DNA from: Verrucomicrobiota bacterium
GTDB taxonomy: Bacteria > Verrucomicrobiota > Verrucomicrobiia > Opitutales > Coraliomargaritaceae
Length of the DNA: 64,000 nucleotides
Direction of reading: 5' to 3'
NCBI GenBank assembly: GCA_036160955.1
Contig: JAYYDJ010000095.1
Span: 1,790-65,789, forward strand
Below the pieces are notes generated by a model. The model saw nothing but the letters and a program-made list of their open reading frames with translations. It made no database searches and had not been told where the DNA came from. Position numbers and translations under genes: made by a program. Below, one piece after another: positions 27,859 to 37,258 of the stretch (position 1 is its first letter; each line of letters starts with the position of its first letter).

Positions 27859-29046
27859 GTGAAATCAATACTTCCTAGGTCTCGAACAAATGTGCTATCC
27901 ACTCTGCCAATTGGAGTTTACTGCCATGTACCATTTTGCGCATCCACTTGTGATTTTTGTGCCTTTTATCATGAGAAGCCAAGGCGCGGTGATCTAAACC
28001 GCTATTTAGATGCGATGGACTTAGAATTCTCACGCTTGCCCATGGGTCGTGAAGTGGGAACAATCTTTTGGGGTTGGGGTACTCCTGGTTTATTATCAGC
28101 AAAAGACTTAGAGCGCATGGGGCGAAGCCTACTCGAGCGCTTGCCAAATGCGCCGCAGGAATGGACTGTTGAAATGGCGCCGTCCACCGTTAAGGCGGAT
28201 AAGTTAGTTGTTCTGCGCGATTTAGGAGTGACGCGCATTTCTATGGGAGTACAAAGCTTTGATGCCAAATTACTCGAATCTCTTGGACGCTTGCATAAAC
28301 CAAAGCAGATCTACAAGGCGTGGGATCTCATTCAAGATGCAGCTTTTAGTAATACAAACTTGGACTTGATCTTTGCGATACCAAACCAATCGATACAAGG
28401 CTGGGAGTCTGACCTACGAGAGGCGGCAAAGCTGCGTCCCAATCATATTTCTACGTATTGCCTAACTTTTGAAGAAGATACTGCGCTGTATGTTAAACTA
28501 TCCGAAGGAAAAGTAAGCATCGATGCAGATCGAGAGCTTTACTTTTACGAGCGAGGATGGGAGCTCTTAAGCGAGCTCGGTTTTGAACAATATGAGGTCT
28601 CTAATTTCTCATCGAATAGGTCGGGCCAATGTCAGCATAATTTAAATACTTGGCGTATGCACGAATGGATCGGTTGTGGCCCGTCTGCAGCAAGTCAGTA
28701 CGGAGGTTTTCGGTATCAGCGTGCGGCGAATCTAGACCAATGGATTGAGGACTTATCTAATAAGGATGAAGAGGGTAGCCGAATAGAGCAAACAATGCTC
28801 GATGATAGAATACTTTTTTTTGATGCTGTGATTTTTGGACTGCGCATGAATAAGGGTATTGAGTGGAGGCGATTACAACGTCGTTTCCCGGGTGCTGGTT
28901 CACTCCTACAGTTGCAGAAGTTACTACAAAAATATGTGAATGAAGGCTTAGTTATTCAAGAGGGTACGCTTTTTAGGCTGAGTCCTAAAGGACGATTGCT
29001 TGCCGATGGAATTGGCAGTGCCTGCTTAGAGCTCATTTCCAAATAA
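27859..29046 (+). CDS. hemW: Radical SAM HemW/HemN-like protein (heme chaperone / coproporphyrinogen oxidase-like)
   Basis: Shows YCHVPFCASTCDFCAFY (CxxxCxxC), ...ISMGVQSF... and a HemN_C-like tail. At 395 aa, the size fits HemW. Confidence 0.8.
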   Translation: MKSILPRSRTNVLSTLPIGVYCHVPFCASTCDFCAFYHEKPRRGDLNRYLDAMDLEFSRLPMGREVGTIFWGWGTPGLLSAKDLERMGRSLLERLPNAPQEWTVEMAPSTVKADKLVVLRDLGVTRISMGVQSFDAKLLESLGRLHKPKQIYKAWDLIQDAAFSNTNLDLIFAIPNQSIQGWESDLREAAKLRPNHISTYCLTFEEDTALYVKLSEGKVSIDADRELYFYERGWELLSELGFEQYEVSNFSSNRSGQCQHNLNTWRMHEWIGCGPSAASQYGGFRYQRAANLDQWIEDLSNKDEEGSRIEQTMLDDRILFFDAVIFGLRMNKGIEWRRLQRRFPGAGSLLQLQKLLQKYVNEGLVIQEGTLFRLSPKGRLLADGIGSACLELISK

Positions 29047-29098
29047 GAAGTACCATAGTATATTTGTAGGGTTTTTAATTTTGTCTCGATTGATCTAA

Positions 29099-30283
29099 GT
29101 GCACATTCCAAACAGGCAATCAGCGCTAGATGCGCTTCATCGATTCCTTCCACATGCAGGGAAAAATTATGCGTCGAGAAGAAATTATGTTAGTGCTTTA
29201 AGTACTGGCGCTAATGTTTCTGGTCTCTCGCCCTGGGTAAGAACGCGATTATTACAAGAGTGGGAAATTATTAATCATGTTCTTGATCACCATAGCGCTG
29301 GCGCCGCTAGCAAGTTTATAGACGAAGTGTGTTGGCGCACTTATTGGAAGGGTTGGTTACAGCTTCGCCCATCCGTTTGGGGACATTATTTAGCAGAGCT
29401 GAATCAAGCGCGTGAGGTATCTTTTATGGATCCTTGTTATCAAGCAGTAATTGCTGGGAAAAGTGGAGTTGAGTGCATTGATGAGTGGACTCAGGAGCTT
29501 CAGCAGACTGGGTATTTACACAACCACGTGCGGATGTGGTACGCGAGTATTTGGATCCATACGCTAAAGCTTCCGTGGGTCTTAGGTGCTGATCTATTTA
29601 TGCAATATTTACTCGATGGTGACCCCGCGAGTAATACTCTTAGCTGGCGCTGGGTTGCCGGATTGCACACGGAAGGAAAGACTTATCTTGCGCGTCCAGA
29701 TAATATTCGAAAATACACCCAAGGTCGCTTCGAAGTTAAAGAGAGATTAGCGACCAAAGCGATTATTACCAAGCCCTTTCTAAGGCATAAGCCATGCAGT
29801 CTACCAAACTTAGGACCTCCTCCACAAAAAAATTCACGCGTAGGTGTACTTTTACAAGAAGATGATGTGTGTGCGCTCAATTGGTTGGTTACGAATCAAG
29901 ATAAAGCTGATATTCATATAGCTGGCTACTATTCACCGGCAGTGTATACGATAAATAAAATTGCTCCTATGGTGTCGCGGTTTCGCCAAGAATCGTTACG
30001 TTCAGTACTCCAAAATGACCATCCGATGTTTAAAGATGTTTATTCTTTGAGCAACTGGGTAGTAACGAATCAATTAGATACCGTGCTTATGGCTGAAGTT
30101 CCAACTGGAATGTGGGATTCGATAATACAAGATCTTAAAACTGCTATTGAAGCGCAAGGAGTGAAGTTATCCATGCAGCGTTGTCCCTGGGATGCCCATT
30201 TTTACCCTTTAGCCACAGCTGGATTCTTCCGCTTTAAGCAAGGTATACCTGCGGCGCTTGATTTAATCGTATCGTCTTCTTAA
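29099..30283 (+). CDS. Photolyase/cryptochrome FAD-binding-domain protein with no N-terminal photolyase domain and an unrelated C-terminal domain
   Basis: The ORF has a GTG start. It carries [31 protein letters not shown] and [18 protein letters not shown], which are hallmarks of the photolyase helical FAD domain. An uncharacterised C-terminal region of about 170 aa follows. Confidence 0.7.
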   Translation: MHIPNRQSALDALHRFLPHAGKNYASRRNYVSALSTGANVSGLSPWVRTRLLQEWEIINHVLDHHSAGAASKFIDEVCWRTYWKGWLQLRPSVWGHYLAELNQAREVSFMDPCYQAVIAGKSGVECIDEWTQELQQTGYLHNHVRMWYASIWIHTLKLPWVLGADLFMQYLLDGDPASNTLSWRWVAGLHTEGKTYLARPDNIRKYTQGRFEVKERLATKAIITKPFLRHKPCSLPNLGPPPQKNSRVGVLLQEDDVCALNWLVTNQDKADIHIAGYYSPAVYTINKIAPMVSRFRQESLRSVLQNDHPMFKDVYSLSNWVVTNQLDTVLMAEVPTGMWDSIIQDLKTAIEAQGVKLSMQRCPWDAHFYPLATAGFFRFKQGIPAALDLIVSSS

Positions 30284-31711
30284 ATTTGTCGGTAGAATAC
30301 CCAACTCTTCTCGGTATTTAGCTACTGTGCGGCGCGCAATTTTTATCTCTTTCTCTTTTAATAGATCGACTATTTTTTGGTCAGAGTGGGGTTTAGCGGT
30401 ATTTTCTTCCTCAATTAGATGTGCGATCATATCTTTAATTGATTTATTCGATACGGATTCTCCGCTACTCGAGGTGAAGCCAGGGGTAAAAAAGTATTTG
30501 AAAGCAAACACACCATGTGGTGAGCGCATATATTTATTTGCAATAGCACGCGATACAGTCGTTTCATGCACATCTACGGTCTGCGCAATTGTGTTCATCG
30601 TTAGTGGTCTTAACTTTGCGATTCCGTGCTCAAAAAAGTCGGACTGGAAAGATAGAATTTCGCGGGTAATACGCTCGATGGTTTGTTGGCGCTGCTCAAT
30701 GGAATTAATCAGGAATTTCCCTGATCGCATGCGCTCAAGCATAAAGTCTTTTTCTTTTTTACTGAGGGTTCCTTTAGCAAGCATTTCTTTATAGACTCCG
30801 CTTATTCTTAAGCGGGGTATATAGTCATTGTTAAGTAGCACTTGCCATTTTCCGTAATCATCTTTAAAAACAGTTACGTCTGGTTCTATAACAGTATTAC
30901 TGTCAGCGCTGAATCTCTTTCCAGGAGCAGGATCTAGGGTCGCGATCTCTTCAATAGCAGTTTGTATATCGTCGGTTGTAGTACCTGTCTTACGCGATAG
31001 TTCAGGTATACGTCGGCGTATGAGAAGCTTGAAATAATCTCGTATAATACGCGCAGCGACCGAGTTGCCGCGCCCATTTAATTCTAACTGCGTAATTAAG
31101 CAGTCTTGCATATTATTTGTGCCGATCCCAGGAGGGTCGAATGATTTTAATAAAGCTGCTGCGCTTTGAACTGCGCTGTAGGAAACGCGACTAGTGAGGG
31201 CTACATTCGATAAAGTTTCCGTCAAGAAGCCGCTCTCGTTAAGGCTACCAATTAAGTAGGTGAGGGCTTCTCTCTGCTCGTCCGTACAGTCAGCTAAGTC
31301 AGCTTGCTCGATTAGGTGTTGTTGGAGTGAAACTCCAACAGTGAGCGAGTTCATAAAATGTTCTCGCCGCTCAGCTACTTCGTTTGTGACAAGTGAAGGA
31401 GTATTTTCTTGGGCAAATTGCTCGCGCACATCTTCACTCATTCGCTCAAGAATACTATAGTCTTCAGCATCAAAATCTAACTCTTTCTCAGGTTCTGGCT
31501 CACTTACATCTGGTTCGCTGATGCGCTCCTCAACACTAATACTATCTATAGATAGCTCTTCGAGTAGCGGATTCGCCTGTAATTCCTCTAAAATAGCGGT
31601 TCGTAGATCTACTGCTGGCGCTTGCAGTATTTTCAGAGAATTTCTTAACTGCGGCGCTAGTACAAGCGATTGAGTTTGCTTTTGTGATTGTTGAAATTCG
31701 AGCGCGCACAT
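30263..31711 (-). CDS. rpoN: RNA polymerase sigma-54
   Basis: The N-terminal region I reads [15 protein letters not shown]. The core-binding region is present, and the C-terminal RpoN box is [11 protein letters not shown] prefer the Met at 31711 as the start. The 3' end overlaps the convergent gene by 21 nt. Confidence 0.92.
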   Translation of the reverse strand: MCALEFQQSQKQTQSLVLAPQLRNSLKILQAPAVDLRTAILEELQANPLLEELSIDSISVEERISEPDVSEPEPEKELDFDAEDYSILERMSEDVREQFAQENTPSLVTNEVAERREHFMNSLTVGVSLQQHLIEQADLADCTDEQREALTYLIGSLNESGFLTETLSNVALTSRVSYSAVQSAAALLKSFDPPGIGTNNMQDCLITQLELNGRGNSVAARIIRDYFKLLIRRRIPELSRKTGTTTDDIQTAIEEIATLDPAPGKRFSADSNTVIEPDVTVFKDDYGKWQVLLNNDYIPRLRISGVYKEMLAKGTLSKKEKDFMLERMRSGKFLINSIEQRQQTIERITREILSFQSDFFEHGIAKLRPLTMNTIAQTVDVHETTVSRAIANKYMRSPHGVFAFKYFFTPGFTSSSGESVSNKSIKDMIAHLIEEENTAKPHSDQKIVDLLKEKEIKIARRTVAKYREELGILPTNLRRRYD

Positions 31712-31927
31712 AGTTTCTACAAAGTCTATGGATAGCTGGTTGACTTGAGTATTTTTTGAGCAATTGTTGCAAAAAACCAATCTTCAGAATAAATAAAAAT
31801 CATTAACAATGATGTCTGCAAGGTGTTTTTTATTTAATCTAGCATGATAATTGCTTTTGTTTATCTTATTTTTTTATGTTCGTATGTATAATTTGACACT
31901 CGATATTTCCTAGTTTTTTTTGTTTGA

Positions 31928-32245
31928 GTGATAACATTTACTGACAGCGCCTCTTCTCATATACTGGGCATGTTGCAAGATAAGGCGTTACTTGGTCAGC
32001 TACTTAGAATCTTCGTTGAGGCAGGTGGTTGCTCTGGATTTGAGTATGGTATGTCTTTCGACGATTCCAAAGAGGGTGACGCAGAGTTGTCCCACAATGG
32101 TGTGACTTTTTTAATCGATGCCGCCAGTCTTGAATATTTAGATGGTAGTGAAATTCACTTTGATGACGGTCTAAATGGTAAGGGTTTTGAAATTCGTAAT
32201 CCAAATGCTAGCAGTACCTGTGGTTGTGGCCGCTCGTTTAATTGA
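31928..32245 (+). CDS. erpA: Iron-sulfur cluster insertion protein, HesB/IscA/ErpA family
   Basis: The ORF has a GTG start. It shows GGCSGFEYGMSFD and the C-terminal CGCGRSF. Confidence 0.8.
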   Translation: MITFTDSASSHILGMLQDKALLGQLLRIFVEAGGCSGFEYGMSFDDSKEGDAELSHNGVTFLIDAASLEYLDGSEIHFDDGLNGKGFEIRNPNASSTCGCGRSFN

Positions 32246-32331
32246 TATAGATATATGACTGTCTACAGTTCATTAAAATGTATATTCGCTCAAGTATTAC
32301 GCTCGTGGCTTGGTTTAACTCGCCGTGTAAT

Positions 32332-33738
32332 TTAAGTAAGTCCTGCCATTTTCGCAGGATCTAATAAATTATTAATTTCTTCAGCGGTCATTTTTAATGC
32401 ATCCATTCTTTCTATACAAATTTCTCTTACAGTTCTTTTAGTAGCGATACTTTCTTTAGCAATTTCAGAGGCTAGGTCATAACCTATTTTTGGGGCTAAG
32501 GAAGTGACCATAGAAAGTGAATATTCTATTAACGATTCACATCTTTGTGGATCTGATTCTAATCCGAGTAAGCATTTCTCACGGAATGCTTTAAGTCCAT
32601 GTGTCATTAATTGTAAGGACTCTGATATAGTATGTGCCATAAGCGGCATATATGTGTTGAGTTCTAAGTGACCATTAGCCCCTGCCCAGGTGACTGTTGT
32701 TTGATTTCCAAATACTCGAGCCGCGATCATGGTTAGTGATTCTGACATGACAGGATTGACTTTGCCAGGCATGATAGATGAGCCAGGCTGAGTCGCTGGT
32801 AATTGAATTTCTCCAATAGAGCAGCGTGGGCCGGACCCCATAAGCCTTATATCGTTCGCAATTTTAAAGAGGGAAGTACATATCGTCGATAATTGCCCAT
32901 GGCACTCAACTAATCCATCTTTGGCAGATTGCGCTTCAAAATGATTTTCTGCCTCCTTGAATTTAATTTCAGTGGTGTCTGAAATTATATTTATTGCCTT
33001 GGTGGCAAAATCTATGTCGCAGTTTAGACCTGTCCCGACTGCAGTACCCCCTAAGGGTAATTCTGAAAGAGCATCGAGTGCTTTGTGAGCTCTTTGTATT
33101 GCATATTGAAGTTGTTTTGCATAACCACCAAATTCTTGCCCTAAGCTAATTGGCGTGGCATCCATTAAATGGGTTCTGCCTATCTTGAGAACATCTTTAA
33201 ACGCCTCAGATTTTTGAACAAGCGCTTGATAAAAAAGTTCTAGTTCGTGAAGCAACTCATTTTTTATCTTTAAGCTAATTGCAATGTGTATGGCGGTAGG
33301 AAATGTATCATTCGACGACTGAGATTTATTCACATCGTCATTGGGGTGGACGCAGAGCTTGCTATTACCATCTTTTGTAGTGCTTGCGCCAATTTGGTTA
33401 CTACGATTAGCGATCACCTCATTGACGTTCATGTTAGTGGACGTGCCTGACCCAGTTTGATATACATCGACTGGGAATTGTTCATAATGCAGCCCATCAT
33501 AAATTTCTTTAGCTGCAAGAGTAATGAATTCTCTTTTCTTATCTGATAAAAGACCTAGCTCAGAATTAACTTGGGCAGCGGCTAACTTAATCAATCCATA
33601 CGCACGGATAAGCGCTCTATCCATCGGTATTCCTGATATTTGGAAGTTTAGGACCGCACGTTGAGTAGAGGCGCCATAGAGCGCATTAATTGGTACTTCC
33701 ATTTGACCCATGGAGTCGGACTCAGTTCGCATTTTCAT
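32332..33738 (-). CDS. fumC: Class II fumarate hydratase (aspartase/fumarase superfamily)
   Basis: Shows DSMGQMEVP...YGASTQR, TGSGTSTNMN and the signature GSSIMPGKVNP, which is more fumarase-like than aspartase-like. Confidence 0.75.
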   Translation of the reverse strand: MKMRTESDSMGQMEVPINALYGASTQRAVLNFQISGIPMDRALIRAYGLIKLAAAQVNSELGLLSDKKREFITLAAKEIYDGLHYEQFPVDVYQTGSGTSTNMNVNEVIANRSNQIGASTTKDGNSKLCVHPNDDVNKSQSSNDTFPTAIHIAISLKIKNELLHELELFYQALVQKSEAFKDVLKIGRTHLMDATPISLGQEFGGYAKQLQYAIQRAHKALDALSELPLGGTAVGTGLNCDIDFATKAINIISDTTEIKFKEAENHFEAQSAKDGLVECHGQLSTICTSLFKIANDIRLMGSGPRCSIGEIQLPATQPGSSIMPGKVNPVMSESLTMIAARVFGNQTTVTWAGANGHLELNTYMPLMAHTISESLQLMTHGLKAFREKCLLGLESDPQRCESLIEYSLSMVTSLAPKIGYDLASEIAKESIATKRTVREICIERMDALKMTAEEINNLLDPAKMAGLT

Positions 33739-33840
33739 TTTTCATAATGTAGATTTTAATTGAAGCAAATACTACTAGATTCGCAAAATTTTGTTGGTTA
33801 TTTTAAAGTTGTTGTAGTGCATAATGAAAATCCATTGTGT

Positions 33841-34524
33841 TTAGTCTATCGAAATTATATCGCTTTTTTTCGTTAATATATCAAAGGCTGTTTGGCTATG
33901 GTCTAATAACTTCCTTAAATTTGGGTAGGTGAGCAAACGAAAGCTCATTTGCATTTCAGTGACCTGAATATGAAGGTCTTGATCGTTTAATTTAAGATCA
34001 AAGGATCTAGCATCTGGCGCGTAGTCTAGATAATTAGCAAACTCTTCAATCTCCTCGATCTGGTCAATTTTATTGCTGAGATCGATTACTTTAGGAAATA
34101 TAACTATAATTTGATCGCAGTGATCATTGAAGCAGTGAATGAAGCGCTCATCTTTCTTAATACTTGTAGTATCTGTATCTAGGTGATTCACCACAGTGCT
34201 AATACAGTAGTTTTTGGGCTCTGATGCTTCAATCCCTTGATCGATACATATTTCTATTTCAAAGTCAGGTGTCTTAATACTAGCGAAACCGTCTTCGCAC
34301 GTATAATTAAAGTCGCGGCGCTTGTAAGCAAACTGTCTGCGAATTTTTTGATAAAGTAGTTCTGCAGATTTCTTTACGTCTTCATGGCCGATACGCCTCA
34401 CGAATTCGAGGGCGGCATCACTGAAGCGATCCGGTTCATGATGGTGCCTTTCGAAGCTCGTGAGCTTACGAATACGTCCGAAATCGGACCCTTTTAGACA
34501 AACTGATAGCTGTGGTGCATTCAC
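33841..34524 (-). CDS. Hypothetical protein
   Basis: This is a 227-aa ORF with normal-looking composition and no motif I recognise. Confidence 0.5.
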   Translation of the reverse strand: MNAPQLSVCLKGSDFGRIRKLTSFERHHHEPDRFSDAALEFVRRIGHEDVKKSAELLYQKIRRQFAYKRRDFNYTCEDGFASIKTPDFEIEICIDQGIEASEPKNYCISTVVNHLDTDTTSIKKDERFIHCFNDHCDQIIVIFPKVIDLSNKIDQIEEIEEFANYLDYAPDARSFDLKLNDQDLHIQVTEMQMSFRLLTYPNLRKLLDHSQTAFDILTKKSDIISID

Positions 34525-34619
34525 TCAAATAGTATTTAAATTAAAGATTAGGTCGATGATTCGAGCGACTACAATGCTTTCTTTACTAAAATTGTGCTTT
34601 ACATAGGCACCCAGACACT

Positions 34620-34661
34620 GTGTTTTCTGCATCTTTTCCAAATTTCTCATGCAGAAAACAC
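34620..34661 (+). promoter_or_regulatory. Perfect 13-bp hairpin that sequesters the rpmI start codon
   Basis: GTGTTTTCTGCAT (34620..34632), a 16-nt loop, then ATGCAGAAAACAC (34649..34661). The 3' arm begins with the rpmI ATG. No U-tract follows, so this does not look like a terminator. Confidence 0.6.
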
Positions 34662-34840
34662 GTAAATCAATCGCCAAGCGCTTTAAGAAGACTGGTACCG
34701 GTAAGCTCCTTCGTCGTACCCCAGGTCACCGACACCTTCTTCGCAATAAGAGTGTGAAGCAACGCCGCCGTGCAGGTAGCAGTAAGCTCGTAGCAGATGG
34801 GCAGCGAGCTAACCTCATCCGCGGATTGCCTTTCGCTTAA
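34649..34840 (+). CDS. rpmI: 50S ribosomal protein L35
   Basis: This basic 63-aa protein reads KTRKSIAKRFKKTGTGKLLRR...GHRHLL..K. Confidence 0.92.
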   Translation: MQKTRKSIAKRFKKTGTGKLLRRTPGHRHLLRNKSVKQRRRAGSSKLVADGQRANLIRGLPFA

Positions 34841-34930
34841 ATTTAATCGCTAATCAAATTAACTTACGCTACCCGGGTAACATGATAGTGGGCGACCCAG
34901 CAGCGACATAAAAATAGAGATCAAAATAAC

Positions 34931-35290
34931 ATGCCTAGAGCCAAAAATGGACCCGCGACGCTCGCACGTCGCAAAAAAGTACTGAAGAAAGCCAAGGGTT
35001 ACTTTGGTAATAAATCCCGACTCTTTCGTTATGCGAAAGACGCAGTTGATCGCGCTGAATTGTATGCTTATCGTGATCGTCGGAAAAAAAAGACCGAATT
35101 TCGTCAACTTTGGATTATTCGCATCAATGCAATATGTCGTGCGAACGGAATTAATTACAGCCGCTTCATACATGGATTGAAGGCTGCTGGAATCGATATG
35201 GATCGTAAACAGCTTTCTGAACTAGCTATTCACGATGAAGCAGCTTTTGTAGCTTTGATTGAAATAGCAAAGCAAGCTAACACAGCGTAG
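34931..35290 (+). CDS. rplT: 50S ribosomal protein L20
   Basis: Shows MPRAKNG...RRKKVLKKAKGYFG, ...AYRDRR.KK..FR.LWI.RINA and ...LSELA pattern. Confidence 0.95.
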   Translation: MPRAKNGPATLARRKKVLKKAKGYFGNKSRLFRYAKDAVDRAELYAYRDRRKKKTEFRQLWIIRINAICRANGINYSRFIHGLKAAGIDMDRKQLSELAIHDEAAFVALIEIAKQANTA

Positions 35291-35312
35291 CCGCTAATTT
35301 ATCTCAACTAAA

Positions 35313-35346
35313 AGAGCTAGTATCTTAAGTTACTGGCTCTGTTTTT
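35313..35346 (+). terminator. Intrinsic terminator after rplT, possibly bidirectional with clpP
   Basis: AGAGCTAGTA, an 8-nt loop, then TACTGGCTCT gives 10 bp including one G.U pair. GTTTTT follows. On the other strand the stem is followed by TTTAGTT, facing the clpP 3' end. Confidence 0.6.
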
Positions 35347-35387
35347 AGTTACTAGAGTAATAACCATATTAATAATTAGGTGCTTCC

Positions 35388-35957
35388 CTAAATGGACTCC
35401 ACAATTTTGTCCGCTAAGCCGTATTCTATTGCTTCGGTAGCAGTCATATAAAAATCTCGATCTGTGTCTTCTTGAATCTTTTCAAGTGGTTTTCCCGAAG
35501 AATTAGCTAATATTGTATTTAGCTCATCTCTCAAACGTTCCATTTCTTGCGCTTGAATATGAATGTCGACTGCGACAGCAATCATTTGTCCTGATATTAG
35601 TGGCTGGTGGATTAGAACGCGGCTGTGTGGATAAAGCACCCGTTTGCCCTTAGTAGCTCCACAAAGCAAAATCGATCCCATGCTTGCTGCCATTCCTGTG
35701 ACGACGACCTTGATCGGAGAACTAATAAGCTGCATGGTGTCGTATACTGCCATACCCGCAGTGATCGATCCTCCTGGTGTGTTGATATAAAAAGTAATTT
35801 CTTTACCGGGCGCCTCTGCCTCCATATAGAGTAGCTTCTCGGTTATATCCTTAGCTGACTTGTCACTTACTTCTCCCCAGAGAAATATTTTTCTCTGTTT
35901 TAGGAACTGTTCTTGTATCTTAGCGCCATTATTTTGCTTATTATTTTTATCTGCCAT
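35388..35957 (-). CDS. clpP: ATP-dependent Clp protease proteolytic subunit
   Basis: Shows INTPGGSITAGMAVYDTM, the catalytic Ser in MAASMGS, and the His in LIHQP. Confidence 0.93.
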   Translation of the reverse strand: MADKNNKQNNGAKIQEQFLKQRKIFLWGEVSDKSAKDITEKLLYMEAEAPGKEITFYINTPGGSITAGMAVYDTMQLISSPIKVVVTGMAASMGSILLCGATKGKRVLYPHSRVLIHQPLISGQMIAVAVDIHIQAQEMERLRDELNTILANSSGKPLEKIQEDTDRDFYMTATEAIEYGLADKIVESI

Positions 35958-36029
35958 GAGTGTATACTAGTGAATTATAAATATGCATATAGAGAGCATG
36001 AGTTTGATATCTTTCAAGCCATGACTTAA

Positions 36030-36509
36030 TTAAGCTTCGATTTTATTTATTCTCCGATCGTGCCTGCCACCTTTGAACTCTGCATCTAGCCAAGCAGTAA
36101 CAATTTCAAGAGCCAATCGCTCGGAAACTGAGCGAGCACCAATTGCAATGCAATTGGCATTGTTATGCTCTTTGGTCATGCTTGCTGACCAAGTATCCCA
36201 GCACACACCGCATCGAACCCCCTTCTCCTTATTAGCTACAATTGCCTCACCGTTACCGCTGCCTCCGAGAACTATGCCTAAATCTGCTTTGCCTGATGCA
36301 ACAGCTTGAGCTGCAGGACGCACATGATCTGGGTAATCGCAAGAGTCCTCAGACATGCAACCAAAATCAAGACTTGTATGTCCGCGGGCTTCTAATAATT
36401 GACTAATAGGGCTCTTGAGACGAAAGCCTGCATGGTCACTACCAATTGAAATTATTAAAGAATGGTGATGCATGTGAGAAATTAAGTGCTCGAGTAAAGG
36501 GTAGGGCAA
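36030..36509 (-). CDS. rpiB: Ribose-5-phosphate isomerase B (LacAB/RpiB family)
   Basis: Shows IGSDHAGFRLK, ...DYPD..., GIVLGGSGNGEAIVANK, ...GVRCG... and ...NANCIAIGAR. The true start may be the internal Met at 36473. Confidence 0.85.
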   Translation of the reverse strand: MPYPLLEHLISHMHHHSLIISIGSDHAGFRLKSPISQLLEARGHTSLDFGCMSEDSCDYPDHVRPAAQAVASGKADLGIVLGGSGNGEAIVANKEKGVRCGVCWDTWSASMTKEHNNANCIAIGARSVSERLALEIVTAWLDAEFKGGRHDRRINKIEA

Positions 36510-36619
36510 TACGTAAGGTATCTATCAGCCATATTTTTAATAGAAAAAAGGACTTGCGCTATGTGCTGTTAAACATAGTTTCACGCGCTTTCTATTTTCT
36601 ACAATAAAAAGTTTTAATC

Positions 36620-36790
36620 ATGGCAAGAGAGCACGTAATTATTGAATGCACAGAAGCCCGAGCTGAAGGTAAGCCGGTTTCACGTTATATGACCACACGT
36701 GATAAGAAGCAGCAACCTGAGCGTGTTGAAAAAATGAAGTACAATAAATTTCTTCGTCGGCTTACCTTGCACCTTGAGATCAAAAGTTAA
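36620..36790 (+). CDS. rpmG: 50S ribosomal protein L33 (below the ORF-track size cut-off)
   Basis: Hand translation gives [56 protein letters not shown], which is 56 aa with a TAA stop at 36788..36790. This is the typical non-zinc L33 pattern (...Y.T.KNK.....L.L.KY.p..r.h..h.E.K). Confidence 0.85.
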   Translation: MAREHVIIECTEARAEGKPVSRYMTTRDKKQQPERVEKMKYNKFLRRLTLHLEIKS

Positions 36791-36890
36791 CGGGTAGTAC
36801 ACTTCATCATTGAAAATACTGCTAATAATAGCGGGTTTATTTGCTTCACTACTCCTTTTTATAGGAAAATATGGGAGTCATATTAGCAAC

Positions 36891-37151
36891 TCAAGGACGG
36901 TTAAGAGAGGACTCAGTTTTAGTACCTACTAGGCAGTTGCGATAGAAGCGCCATTCGCTTCGGTGCTTGCAGATCCAGTCGAGAAGGGCTCGCTCGAAGC
37001 CGATATCTTTCCCTTGTTTCTCTGACTCTATCCATTTGTGCTTTAATATTTCATCGCGCTCTGCAAGAAATTCACGATAAAAAGTCGATCGTTGTGTAAA
37101 ATCTTCATTTTTTTCTGCATTATTCTGCGGAGTTGTAGTCAAAACTGTCAT
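36891..37151 (-). CDS. Small conserved hypothetical protein
   Basis: The 86-aa ORF carries the motif ILKHKWIESEKQGKDIGFERALLDWI. I recall seeing it in small bacterial proteins of unknown function but cannot name the family with confidence. Confidence 0.5.
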   Translation of the reverse strand: MTVLTTTPQNNAEKNEDFTQRSTFYREFLAERDEILKHKWIESEKQGKDIGFERALLDWICKHRSEWRFYRNCLVGTKTESSLNRP

Positions 37152-37258
37152 ATTTGGAAAAGGGGTAAGTTAGTGTTTAGAATTTGGCTACAATAATAAA
37201 TAGTAAAAAATGTTTTTATTGTTATTATTATGCTAGTTTAAAACTCCTTATTTATTAT

